A model generated the notes under the pieces. That model saw only the letters and a list, made by a program, of their open reading frames with translations. It made no database searches and had not been told where the DNA came from. 64,000 nt of DNA from Mizuhopecten yessoensis. Taxonomy: Eukaryota. The stretch spans positions 3,128,060-3,192,059 of the forward strand of contig NW_018408465.1 in the NCBI RefSeq assembly GCF_002113885.1, in the 5' to 3' direction. The translations under genes and the position numbers were made by a program. How positions within the stretch are numbered: position 1 is the stretch's first letter; each line of letters starts with the position of its first letter. Positions 37,905-50,100 of this stretch are shown piece after piece.

Positions 37905-39258
37905 TTTTAGCTCCCGAAGGGCAAGTAAGCTTATGTCATGGTGTGGCGTCCGTCGGCCGTCAACTTTACTTTAAACAATTTCTTCTAAAAAACTGACGGG
38001 CCTAAAGCCATGATATTTGGCTGAAAGCTTCATTGGTAGGATCCCGACAAAGTTTGAGAATAAAAATGACCTTGACCTACCTTCATGGTCACATGGGTCA
38101 AATGTGTCAAACATTTCAAACGACTTCTGAAGAAGAACAGAAAGGTATAGAATCTTCGTATTTGGCTGGTTGCCCTCTGGGATAGAACCTGACAAAGATT
38201 GAGAAAGAAAATGACCTTGACCTTCTTTCAAGGTCACAGGGGTCAAATGTGTCCAACACTTAAAACACCTTCTTCTGAAGAACTAAAGATTAAAGAATCT
38301 TCATATTTAGCTGATGGCTTCCTGGGATAGAGCCAGACAAAGTTTGAGAACGAAATGACCTTGACCTTCTTTCAGGTCTCAGGGGTCAAATGTGTCCAAC
38401 ACTTAAAACGACTTCTTCTGAAGAACTAAAAAATAAAGAATCTTCATATTTGGCTGATGGCTTTCTGGGATAGAGCCGGACAAAGTTTGAGAATGAAAAT
38501 GACCTTGACCTCACTTCAAACAACTTCTCCTGAAGAACTGAAAGATATAGAATCTTCATATTTTCGTGGTTGCTTCCTGGGATAGAGCCAGATAAAAAAT
38601 GAAAATGACCTTGACCCACTTTCAAGGTATCTGGGGTCAAATGTGTCCAACACTTCAAACAACTTCTTCTGAAGAACTGAAAGTTATAGAATCTTAATAT
38701 TTTGCAAGTTGCTTCCTGGGATAGAGCCCGACAAAGGTTTGAGAATGTAAATGACCTTGACCTACTTTCAAGGTCACATGGGTCAAATGTGTCAAACACT
38801 TTGAACTTCTTCTTCTGAATAATCTTAGAGCATTGATTTATAATAAAGAATAGATCTTTCGATCGATGTGCGACATGTGTATGAAAGTGACGATTTGTTT
38901 CTAAAATATCAGTTTGAAGAGCGACCCAGGCGTGTGTCCCTCATATTAAAGAGGGAGTTCGGACGTTAATCGACGACAGACCAATATGAAAAAAAGTCGA
39001 TAAAACGTCAGAATAATTCGGACTACTTCTTGAGATAGAGCCAACAAAGTTTGAGAAGGAAAATAACCTTGACCTTACAAGGTCACAGGGGAAAATATGT
39101 CAAACACAATCATATGATAATATTTGGCTGGAAGTTTCAACTGATGAGAGTCAACAAAGTTTGCAAGTGAAATATTTGTTTTACAGGATAATATTTGATG
39201 AGAATATTTTGCTATGACTGCTTAAAGGTGAGCGATGCAGGCCCTCTGGGCATCTTGA
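37905..39258 (+). mobile_element. HINE-like element with internal tandem repeats
   Basis: tttttagctc.. head, cgtccgtcggccgtc, repeated atgaccttgacc..tcaaggtcacaggggtcaaatgtgtc units, 3' aaggtgagcgatgcaggccctctgggcatcttg matching the 35081-36000 element end. Confidence 0.7.
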
Positions 39259-40031
39259 TATTACATTGAGCAGGGTTAGATTGCAATATAACCATAAGCT
39301 TTATCGGGACGGTCCATATGTTTTCTGTATGATCAATTCTTTGGTAAACATTTTTTGGGGGAAAGTCGTAGAAAAATAGTTGCATTTCAACAAATTATCA
39401 TCATTTCAACAAATTATCATTATTCCAACTGGGGCTGAGGTGTTACAAGGACCATTTATATAAGTCAGGAAAACAAATATTTTCAATGGCTAAGAGAATG
39501 ACCATTTAAGCGAAAAACTAACACGTTTGCATTTAACACATTCAGACATCGTGAGTGTATTGTACTACTATTTCATTATGTATTAAAATACAACGAATAA
39601 ACTGCTACAATTATACTTTCTTAGACATGTTAAAGTGGTATTTTAATGCTTTAAACACTGCTTTATAAGGTTTACAATGAATACTAGTTTAGTTTGTTAA
39701 ATGATGGTTAAACGTGGTAAATGTGAACACAGTTGTTTTTTCTGGGTTTTGACATGAACAGTCTCACTTAGTATTCAGTATCAAAGGGTCCAAGACAAAC
39801 TCGAGTTCTATGGATTGGTGTTTTCTATGTCTTTATTACAGCTTGTAAGTGTAAGGTATTATTAGACGGAAATGCATGTTTGTCTAGTGTTCTAGTAGTT
39901 TACCAAGTTCATTGTCTGTTTTTCAGTGTATAAAAAGAACTATTATTTACAGCTAATAATACACCAGTTTCAGTGTTTCTCATTTTATCTTGACGTTTGA
40001 ACTTAAAAAGTGTCATCTACGTGTTTTACAG

Positions 40032-40252
40032 TTGGCGGCATTTGGTACTTTGACGAGGCTAACCAAGGTAACTACCCGTGTCTGATGTGCCGGAAACGTT
40101 TTGCAACACCACAGCGCCTGCGCCAACATAGCCGACTGCACATGGAGCCAGCTTACAGCTGCTCTTTCTGTTGTAGGAGGTTCACGTGGAAACACTCATT
40201 CGACCGGCACATGAGGACGGTGCACAGTATCAGGTGTGTTCACAAGGGATAA
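40032..40252 (+). CDS. Alternative terminal exon E14: two C2H2 zinc fingers
   Basis: Acceptor gtgttttacag|TT (phase 1); YPCLMCRKRFATPQRLRQHSRLH-MEPAYSCSFCCRRFTWKHSFDRHMRTVH; no ATG before the first finger (in-frame stop at 40004); stop TAA. Confidence 0.8.
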
Positions 40253-41124
40253 GTTGTCTCCCCTCTACATTGAGATATTACTGGATTACTTCCCTTGTTT
40301 GATTTTTTTGTGTGTTTCTTGCGTTTGATTGAATTCCAAACGAGTCTGTTCTAAGGGATGTCCCAACATCGGGAAATGTCAATTGAAAATATATTATGAT
40401 TGATTAAACGACTACATCTGGATGATACGATGATGCAGTTTTGTTATGATGGCTTTTTGAAATAAGCATAAACAAAAAAAAATCAAAAAAATCTACTGAA
40501 AATATATGTACAGAATTACAAGTAGTAGTTATAAATATTGCAGTTTAACATTGGGCAGCATTTTGATTAAAGGAGACAGACAATCTGGTGATTCTTTATT
40601 TGAAACGTGAGTTTAAAAGATTGTGTTATGCATTGTAGGCAACTTTTCTTTGAGACTGATTTAATTTTTCACTGTTTGATAGGTTTCCGTTTTGGTATAA
40701 ATGTTCTGAGCATTTTATTCGCCGTTCTAAGTAATTTATCGAGCTGACGTTGTCGTAAAGTTAGTACAAAAAAGTTGGTATACTTACACTGTATATGACC
40801 AATAGGATAGATAGATAGCTTTGCTGACCTATTTGCATTCAGAATGCCAGTTGATAGTTGATTGCTCTGATACCCCTTATTGACTACGGTCCTTTGTATG
40901 TAATATTAGAGACATCGTTAACACGTTTTGTGTACCCAAAAAACTTGGGTAAAAAAGGTTTTCCTCCTGTTGTTTATTACTGACTTTAATTGACTTAACT
41001 AGAGGTCACTGCCACTCAGTTCTGCCTTATTAATATATCTTCAGATAACAAGTTGTTTTTCCATTGTAAATTAAACAATGTTTGCAAGATACTAGAAGGA
41101 CATTCAAAAAGGTTGTTAGTATTT

Positions 41125-41985
41125 TTTATAAGCCCGTCATTCGACGGGTCGTATTATGGTATGGGCGGTGTTTACTGATGTCTGTGTGACCAGATGTCCG
41201 TCCGTTAACTTTTCCTTGTCATCGCTCTCCTGCCTTTATGAACATATCTTGAGAAATCTTGGTGCACACATTGCATACGAATATAACTCGAACGAGTTGG
41301 CACTTCAGATGTTTACACACATTTTTTGGTGGAGTTATGCCCCTTTTATTGCCAAATAAGGGCATTGTGTAGTTAATGCACTAACTTTTTTTTAATCAAT
41401 TCCTTCACCATTTTGTACGGTAATGCTAGAAGAAATAATATTCAACACTTAAATTATGTGTTTTTTTGGCGAGTTTCAACTTTCCGTGTTTTGGCATATC
41501 ACACTTGACAAAGCAACACTGTTCATCGTTTTTGCCGTTAACTTTTGCTCGTTTACACGATAACTCAAACAATTGTTCTCTGATTTTTGTTAAACTACTT
41601 GGTTGTTTCATCACCTGAATGCATTGAATGAGTTCTTAAATCGTGAAATTCAAACGTTATTCGGCAGAGTTATGCCCCATATTCATTGCCAAATAAGGGC
41701 ATTCCGTCGAAAATGCAAGAACTTTTTGAGTATTTGTTCAAGACTCCTACCTCAAAGCCAAGGTTCTGGTTTTAGTAATAGTAACATTGACCGCAAAAGT
41801 GTAATTCTGAAACTCAAAAACAGCTTGCGCCATAAACAAAGTAAATGCATGGCAAGATCACAGTCACCAACAAGACGGTGGCAGTAAGCACATTAAATCA
41901 TATATCACTCAACCTGATCCAATTCATCAGTACCCTTCCGAGGGTCTGACAGGTGTATCATACTTCCGCTCACTGTGGTCTTGTT
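41125..41985 (+). mobile_element. Degenerate HINE-like element (second family)
   Basis: tttatagcccgtc..gacgggtcgtattatgg head hairpin, tgtccgtccgttaac, duplicated gagttatgcccc..attgccaaataagggcatt units, ends in ..tcttgtt. Confidence 0.45.
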
Positions 41986-42983
41986 CGTCACATGTTTTGT
42001 ATTTAGGATTGTAACAACAGGCCTTAAAGTTCAACCTTGAAGCTACTTATATACACAGTACCTTGAAGCTACTTATATACACAGTACCTTGAAGCATCAC
42101 CAGAAAGGTCCCAGGTTTGATACTTAAATGCTTTCATGGAAGTGTGGGTGTATTAAATAGGACGCAAGCTCATTTCGTATAAAAGTGCTCATGATCAGTA
42201 TAGTTTCAACTTTGCAGTTGAGAGGTTTTGTAATCAGTTTCTCAATGAGATGTTGGAATGGTATTTTATGTTGTTGAAATATCTCGTACATTTTAATGAA
42301 ATGTAGTTCATAGTTTGTGGTTATGGGAGGCACGTCACAGTATTTCATTTCTTGTTGAAAATATCAGCCGTTGGATCAGGTTTTTAAGTGAAGTACGTTT
42401 GATGTAACCGGTAATATGTAACGTTATTGTGATAATGGGATTTCCTATGGTGTGAACACTATAGACAGAGCACTTTGTCATGCTTCTGACTCTACTCTGA
42501 TGTCTTCTCCTGGATTTTATAGATATCTATATTCATTGTACATTGGAACTAGACTGTACAGCGGTACATTCAGGTGTACATGTGTATTGCCATCATTTGT
42601 TAAAATCAAAATGCTGCATCGTAAACTCTCATGTAATCCAGGTAAACATACGTACTATCCATTTCAATTTTTGTTGCATTTTCAATTTTTGATAATAAAT
42701 GGCACCCCAGACTATTACTGTAGGTTGATCGTTGTCAATGTTGATTGTAGAGGAGTATTTGAACTCCATCACTTTCTTTGAACGTACAAAAACCGGAAAT
42801 CAAATTTGACTGAAAACGCTTTATATTTAAATCAAAAACACACATTCATAGTACGCTTTTCACTCTTGTGTGCATGACATATACCGAAACCTTGCTACTA
42901 AATGATCGCCTTCCTCTGAAAATATGCTCTTAAGAATAATCTGAAATGTTTTATTAAATATATACTTATGTTTTAAATTGCAG

Positions 42984-43195
42984 AAATACGTCGCCAGTTG
43001 TTGAAGACGCACCAGATCCAATGCCCGGTATGTAAGAAGGTTTTTAACCGGACGTATATCCGCCAGCACCTGACGAAGCACGGGGAAGCAACGCACTCCT
43101 GTCCAATGTGTGGTCGTGTGTTTGTGTGGAAGAGCTCCTTCGACCGCCACAAGCGTACGTGCCAGTACAAGAAAGTCTACATGACTTTTAACTAG
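42984..43195 (+). CDS. Alternative terminal exon E15: C2H2 plus C2HC zinc fingers (last cassette seen)
   Basis: Acceptor tgttttaaattgcag|AA (phase 1); IQCPVCKKVFNRTYIRQHLTKH-GEATHSCPMCGRVFVWKSSFDRHKRTC; in-frame stop at 42974 upstream and no ATG before the fingers; stop TAG. Confidence 0.8.
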
Positions 43196-43894
43196 ACTGG
43201 ACTACAACAATTTACGTCAGTATGTTGTAAACATGGTGAATCAACAGAAACTGTGTCCATCACTATGCATCAACATCTACTCTAAATATACCTTATTCAT
43301 CAGCAGCCATACATTCTGCATCACCTGTACTGGAACATTTCATAATAATGCTGATTATTGAACAATGAACACATATACTTGCTTTAGTCAGAATGTATTT
43401 TCTTTCCCCTACATGAGTGGAAATTCTTTTTGAAACATCGCACGTACCTTTTGATAGGTGATGGATCTGGTAAGCAAAACACTTACGATTAGTTTTGTGC
43501 ATTTTCGAATGTTCTGTATTTTAAGGAATACTACCATAAGCTTACCTGTAGAGTCAAAAGAGTTCCCATAAATTGGAACATCTGTTCTAAACTTAGACTA
43601 TACTGTACATTGTATAGCCAGCCCGATTCACCATGTTATCTCCCTAGTACAAGGGGCAAACTGAACCTCCTTTTACTATCATTAGCCTACTGTCATTCGT
43701 TTCTTTAATTCACCAATCAATTATGCAAGTACTCCTGTCTCTTGGTACTTTTCAATTTGAATACATTATGGTCGATTAAGTAGTGCTTGACGTTTTTGAA
43801 AAAAAAAGATCTTGTCAAATTTATTATCAATCATAGTCCAATTTAGCAAACAAATATTTTTTCCTCTTGTCCCCGCCGTAATGATGATGAATTA

Positions 43895-44236
43895 GTAATT
43901 TGAGGTTCTTATATAACGCTTTATCACAACCTAGTTCCTAGGTCGTCTCAAAGCGGTTCGCAAATTATTATCCATGGTTATAGGGCCTTTGCAACCAGCC
44001 AATATCTTTCTCAACTTCCTGGGGAGCATACAGCCGGTGCTGCCATTTCGGCGCTAACAGCTATCATTCTAGAATTCTAGCACTGCTCAACCACGTACTC
44101 ATTTACAGCTGAGTAGACTGGAACAAGCAGAGTAAAGTATCTTGCTCAAAGATACAACACAGTGCTGTGCCGTGACTCGAACCCGCCACCCTTCGGTCAC
44201 GAGCCCGGCGCCCTACCACTAGACTACCGAGTCTCC
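43895..44236 (-). mobile_element. tRNA-derived SINE (CORE-like), full length
   Basis: Minus strand reads ggagactcggtagtctagtggtagggcgcc...gggttcgagtcacgg (boxes A and B), then ttgagcaagatacttt...ctcagctgtaaatgagtac; second copy at 57255-57530. Confidence 0.75.
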
Positions 44237-44703
44237 ATAGATAGTAGATAAGGTGTGTCATACAGGTCTATTTGATCTTATGTTCTCAACATTCAGCTTA
44301 CATTAGGTATGCCATACAGAGTAAATGTGTGTCTCCTGGTCTGGCCATACAAGGTATAGTATCTTCTCCTTGAAAGTGTACAGACTTATTCTATCTCTCT
44401 TTATCACCCTCTTTATCGCCCTCTTTATCTCTTTATGTACCATGTTGTTTGTACAGACCCTTTATGCCTCTCCCTCTTGCCATACCTGATAGATAATGTA
44501 AGCCTTACCATCAGGCCTTGTTCTCGAAACTATAAGCATGTAAGATAGGTGGTTATACAGGCCCGTCAATTTCCTTGTTCTCGTCAAGCATTGCATATCA
44601 GGTGTGCGATCAAGGCACACCGCAGATATTTAGAGTTTGTGTTTACCGACTGTACGTTTACCGACTGTACTGTCATTGTACAAGATCTTAGTGTCTGCGA
44701 TGC

Positions 44704-44797
44704 TTAACCCTTTCACCACTGTGGACCACAATAGACTCATCCAGATAAATGTATGTGGTAGAGTCTACTAAAGTTACCTAGGGATGAAAGGGTTTAA
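44704..44797. mobile_element. About 90-bp MITE family B (TTAA-CCC...GGG-TTAA, piggyBac-type ends)
   Basis: ttaa-ccctttcacc...ggatgaaaggg-t-ttaa; paralogue at 45424-45514. Confidence 0.7.
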
Positions 44798-45423
44798 AGT
44801 CTTTGCCACTACGTCATATAGCTTTATTCAATCTAAACACCTGGTTCCGCCTTTGGTTTTGCTTAAAGATTTTGAGTATTTCCTTTCTGTTAGATATCTC
44901 CGTCAGTTCCGGTTTTTCAATAACATTGAGTTTGGATTATTCCTGTATATTGATGAAATGTTTTTCATATAAGACTGCGAAAACAGCCGCAGTGGCTGTA
45001 TGACAGTTATAACTTAATGTTAATTAAACTTGTGGTCTGTATCGTCCCAGTGCTGTCCTTGTGTGCATCCTTTGTCGATCTAACAATATCGGAATTCACT
45101 ATTGATCCTACGACACACACCTAGTGTCCACCCCTCTCTGGCCAACTATGTGACCAGTGTCCACTGTCCTCACACACAGGATACCACACTAGAATGTATC
45201 ACAATAGTGGACACCAACAGTGAGGGCATTGGCCCAGGTGACATTGAGTCATTATCTAATTAGAGAGATCTAGAAGGATGTTCATGTGTCACCTCCTCAA
45301 CATTAGGTCTAATTAGGACACTGTGGGGGTGCAACCTACTTCTTTTAAATGGGACACACTATTTATATATAAGTACAGGATGTTCGGATTGTAAGTGGCA
45401 AGTATTTTACCAGCTTATTCCTA

Positions 45424-45514
45424 TTAACCCTTTCACCACTGTAGACCATAATGGCCTCATCCAGTTCAATGCATGGTAGAGTCTACTAAAGTTACATAGG
45501 GGTGCAAGGGTTAA
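45424..45514. mobile_element. MITE family B copy
   Basis: ttaa-ccctttcaccac...ggggtgcaaggg-ttaa. Confidence 0.7.
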
Positions 45515-46008
45515 ACAGGTCTAAGGAGTTTTCTGTTGAAACTGTCAGGTCCAGATCATTTGGATTGTTTCCTCATTAAGTATAGTATTGGATGATTTCA
45601 TGCGATTTATTCTAATGTCACATATTTCCTTTAACGAATTTATCGTAAGATAGTTTCTTTATACAGGTACATCTTTAAATTCCAACGAGTTGTGCTTTCT
45701 AGTTCTGTAGAGTATGATATAAAATTAAATACACATCTTCAATATTCGAGGACAAAATCTGAACTCTTAAGCCGAAACAAAAAGACAACAGGAACTGAAG
45801 AGACTGTAAAATAGAAAACGGAGGCGAAACTGCTTATTCTTTTTTGGAGCGAATTAATGGCCTTGTTTGGGTTCCCGTTAAGTAGATTCAGATGGTTCCT
45901 TGTTCCTTCATATCTATACAAACGAAAGACCAAGTTAGGGACCCCAGTTACAGCATGGTTAGATGGCTCAATTGTTGCTGGTACTGTACGTCTCAACGGG
46001 GAGGAGTA

Positions 46009-46044
46009 GGGCGGGGGATTTTTAACATCGACCAATTATAAATA
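46009..46044 (+). promoter_or_regulatory. Candidate Pol II core promoter (GC box, CCAAT, TATA)
   Basis: GGGCGGGGG 46009-46017, CCAAT 46032-46036 and TATAAATA 46037-46044 are clustered; no downstream coding exon identified. Confidence 0.3.
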
Positions 46045-48239
46045 CTGTAGTGTGACTCGGGGAAGATCTATACATTGAACAGTAACTGATACATTACGTC
46101 TAAACCGGTAGGGTGTAGAACATACAATACTTACTTCTCAACTGAGAGTATCTGTTGTATCGCAGTAGACGCCTAACTCAAAGGACGAACTTGTAAACAG
46201 ACGGGTTCGTTGACTGCATAAAAATAAACATTGTGTGTGGAAATTAAGGGAGGTCTTGTTATTAGGATGTTCACCCTAAGTATTAATTATAACTGTCCAC
46301 CTCATAATACCGTTCTGGGCACACTGGGGTTATCTTGTTAAAATAACTTAACACCATAAAACGTCATGGCTTTCAGCACGAAAACAACTGCAATACAGCT
46401 GACTCCATCGCCTCTTTGGTCTCCTCCTGGTGGTTATTAACGTACGTGCAGAGTAGAACTGGATGTGAAAAATAAATCTGATACACAAGAAATTCACTTA
46501 ATATTCTAATGTAAATATTGGCTAATGTATGGATGAACATGGGTATGAGCACTATGTTAGAATGGCATTTTAATGTATAGTGATTCAATTGATAATGTTG
46601 GTGTCATTTGAGGATATTAATTACATTCTTAATGAAAATGTACAGAGTTTATGTTGTAAATATTGATGTAAAGATTTATACTATGTTTTTGTCTCGTGCG
46701 CCTGTATGGGGGTCAGTGATTGTCAACGCTGGCGAAGTCACATTTAGGATTATAAGACTCTTTCATGTCCAGGGGTGTAGGATGGGGAAATTTCACCCTG
46801 CTTTTTTTCAAAATTTACCCTATCCTTCATCCTCGGGCATGAAAGAGTATTTTTCTCTCAATCCAACTACCAGAGTAAGCTCAGAAACCATATCATGAAA
46901 ATGTATTTGGACTGGCCACCATTTTGAAAACATCAAGTTTCCCCCTGAGCTTTTTTGACGAAAACGAATTTGTCAGCGAGATTTAACATACCCCATATTT
47001 GCAAACAGAGTTTGCCCAGAAAAAATCTCATCTTTCTTAAGAATGATTAATATAAGTTGAAATAACTTGTTTCATGATTGTTGTAAAATAAATAAAATTT
47101 CCAATTTAGTGTATTTCATTTTTTGGCATACCGTTTTTATTACCAAATCATTTAAAGGTACAATCGCCTGTGTGTGTTATATTTATCTTTAAAAAGTAAA
47201 CAAGTGTTGATAACAATACACAATACTATTCATAGTTCGTTTGTAACAATTACCTAAGATCTATAACAATACTATTGATCGAGTTTAATACAAATTTAAT
47301 TCAATTTTATCTACAAACAACCAGCTGAAAATCAACACAATCATGTTTATATATAGCATTATTGAAAGTGAACTCGCCATCCTCAGTTCAAGTCTTTTAG
47401 ATGAAAAGGTCCTAATCGCCCGAGGTGCAATTTGAGGGATGCTAGTGTGTGTAGATTTGGCATGTCATTTAATGTTACATTTGTATTGCTGTTAAATAAA
47501 TCCATGTATGTATATACATTTGTATTGCTGTCGATTAAATCAATGTATGTATACCGTGTGTAAATACATTTATATGCTTGTTTATTTCCTTTTAGGATTT
47601 GTTTTACAAGATCGTTTATATCATTTCATGACATTCTGTTGAAATAGTACAGTGCTTGCTGATTGGTTGAACAATCCAACGGACACTTTGTAATGATGTA
47701 CATTTAAAATGAATATTGTATTCTTTAAAATTTCATAAAAGAAAGATACTTTTGAAATATTTTTGTGTTCCAGTGTCCTTATTTACCCTTGGTTTGTTTC
47801 TTGTTTGTATTTCTAGCTGACCTGGCCCGAACTATTCAAACAGCTTCTCCTGAATAACCAGGATGAATGAATGCCTATTAAGTGTTTTTAGTCACTTTCA
47901 CAGTCAGCTGTGGGTCAAATGTGTTAAAACATTTGAAAACTTCCATGTACAAAGTACCCTTACATAGACCTATCTTGGTGATAAATGATTGACCAGTAGC
48001 ATGCAGAGATTACGAGCTATGAAATTTGTTAAGACAAATGACCATAAAACGCTTAAAGACCTGGACTGAGTTTTACTAAAGGTCGCAAGTCCAGACGCAA
48101 GCGTAGACGTAAACGTAAGTCGGGTAACGATTTTAGTTACGTGTGCGTAAGGCCCGTTTTATCAAAGGTCGTAACTCCGAACGTAAACGTAGGGTTAGAC
48201 GTACTCTTAAGTGTGAACTTACGACAATCTAAGCGACTT

Positions 48240-50100
48240 TTTAACTCACCTGGCACGAAGTCTGTCGTCCGGCGTCCGGCGTCAATATTTTACTTTAAAC
48301 GACTTCTTCTTAATAACCAAAAGGCCTAGGGTGATGATAGTTGGCCAGAAGCAAACTGGAATGAAGGGCTACAAAATTTGTTAAAATTAATGACCTTGAC
48401 ACACTCTTAAGTAAGGAGGAGGAAATGTGTTAAACCCAGATAACCCTATAGCCTTACTCCCTTTTAAGGTTACAAGTGTGAGATTTATAAAAGGTGAGCG
48501 ATGCAGACCGATTGGGCCTTTTGTTCTGAATAAGCGAGAGACCTTCTATGTTGATTTTAGCCCGTAACATTCTTGGATGGTGGGTTATCAGGTTTGCTCA
48601 AATGCATGACCTTCTTTCAAAGAAGCATTGGTCGAATATGATAAAGCATGCACCAACCTCTCGATAACCAATGGGCCATGGGTGGGGATATCTCCCCAAA
48701 AATGTATGTTCAAATTAATGACCTTGACACACTCTTAAGTAAGGAGGAGAAAATGTGTTAAACCCAGATAACCCTATAGCCTTACTCACTTTTAAGGTTA
48801 CAAGTGTGAGATTTATAAAAGGTGAGCGATGCAGACCGATTGGGCCTTTTGTTCTGAATAAGCGAGAGATCTTCTATGTTGATTTTAGCCCGTAACATTC
48901 TTGGATGGTGGGTTATCAGGTTTGCTCAAATGCATGACCTTCTTTCAAAGAAGCATTGGTCGAATATGATAAAACATGCACCAACCTCTCGAAAACCAAA
49001 GGGCCATGGGAGGAGATATCTCCCCAAAAATGTATGTTCAAATTAACGACCTTGACACACTTTTAAGAAAGGAAGAGGAAATGTGTTAAACCAACATAAC
49101 CCTATAGCCTTACTCACTTTTAAGGTTACAAGTGTGAGATTTATAAAAGGTGAGCGATGCAGGCCCATTGGGCCTTTTGGTCTGAATAAGCGAGAGACCT
49201 TCTATGTTGATTTTAGCCCGTAACATTCTTGGATGGTGTGTTATCGGGTTTGCTCAAATGCATGACCTTCTTTCAAAGAAGCATTGGTCGAATATGATAA
49301 AACATGCACCAACCTCTCGAAAACCAAAGGGCCATGGGAGGAGATATCTCCCCAAAAATGTATGTTAAAATTAATGACCTTGACACACTCTTAAGTAAGG
49401 AGGAGAAAATGTGTTAAACCCAGATAACCCTATAGCCTTACTCACTTTTAAGGTTACAAGTGGGAGATTTATACCAGGTGAGCGATGCACGCCCATTGGG
49501 CCTTTTGGTCTGAATAAGCGAGAGATCTTCTATGTTGATTTTAGCCCGTAACATTCTTGGATGGTGTGTTATCGGGTTTGCTCAAATGCATGACCTTCTT
49601 TCAAGGCAGCATTGGTCGAATATGATAAAACATGCACCAACCTCTCGATCACCAATGGGCCATGGGTGGGGATATCTCCCCAAAAATGTATGTTCAAATT
49701 AATGACGTTGACACACTTTTAAGAAAGGAAGAGGAAATGTGTTAAACCCACATAACCCTATAGCCTTACTCCCTTTTAAGGTTACAAGTGTGAGATTTAT
49801 AAAAGGTGAGCGATGCAGGCCCATTGGGCCTCTTGTTCTGAATAAGCGAGAGACCTTCTATGTTGATTTTAGCCCGTAACATTCTTGGATGGTGGGTTAT
49901 CAGGTTTGCTCAAATGCATGACCTTCTTTCAAGGCAGCATTGGTCGAATATGATAAAACATGCACCAACCTCTCGATAACCAACGGGCCATGGGTGGTGA
50001 TATCTCCCCAAAAATGTATGTTAAAATTAATGACCTTGACACACTCTTAAGTAAGGAGGAGGAAATGTGTTAAACCCACATAACCCTATAGCCTTACTCA
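48240..50100 (+). repeat. HINE 5' end followed by a 328-bp tandem array (about 5.2 copies), each unit carrying the HINE 3' terminus
   Basis: Head ttaactcacctggcacgaag at 48241; unit starts at 48387, 48715, 49043, 49371, 49699 and 50027; each full unit contains aggtgagcgatgcaggcccattgggcct or a close variant. Confidence 0.85.

Noticed and set aside
2036-43195. Cassettes as independent single-exon small genes using the ORF-track starts
   Set aside because: Many track starts are TTG/GTG codons in intronic polypyrimidine tracts; E2, E12, E14 and E15 have no ATG before the domain.
1-43195. Cassettes as consecutive exons of one multi-finger protein
   Set aside because: Each has an in-frame stop after its domain, and no consistent donor site is evident before the stop.
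44160-44236. tRNA gene on the minus strand (also 24912-24990 on plus)
   Set aside because: Boxes A and B continue directly into SINE bodies and the acceptor stems do not pair properly; these are SINE heads.
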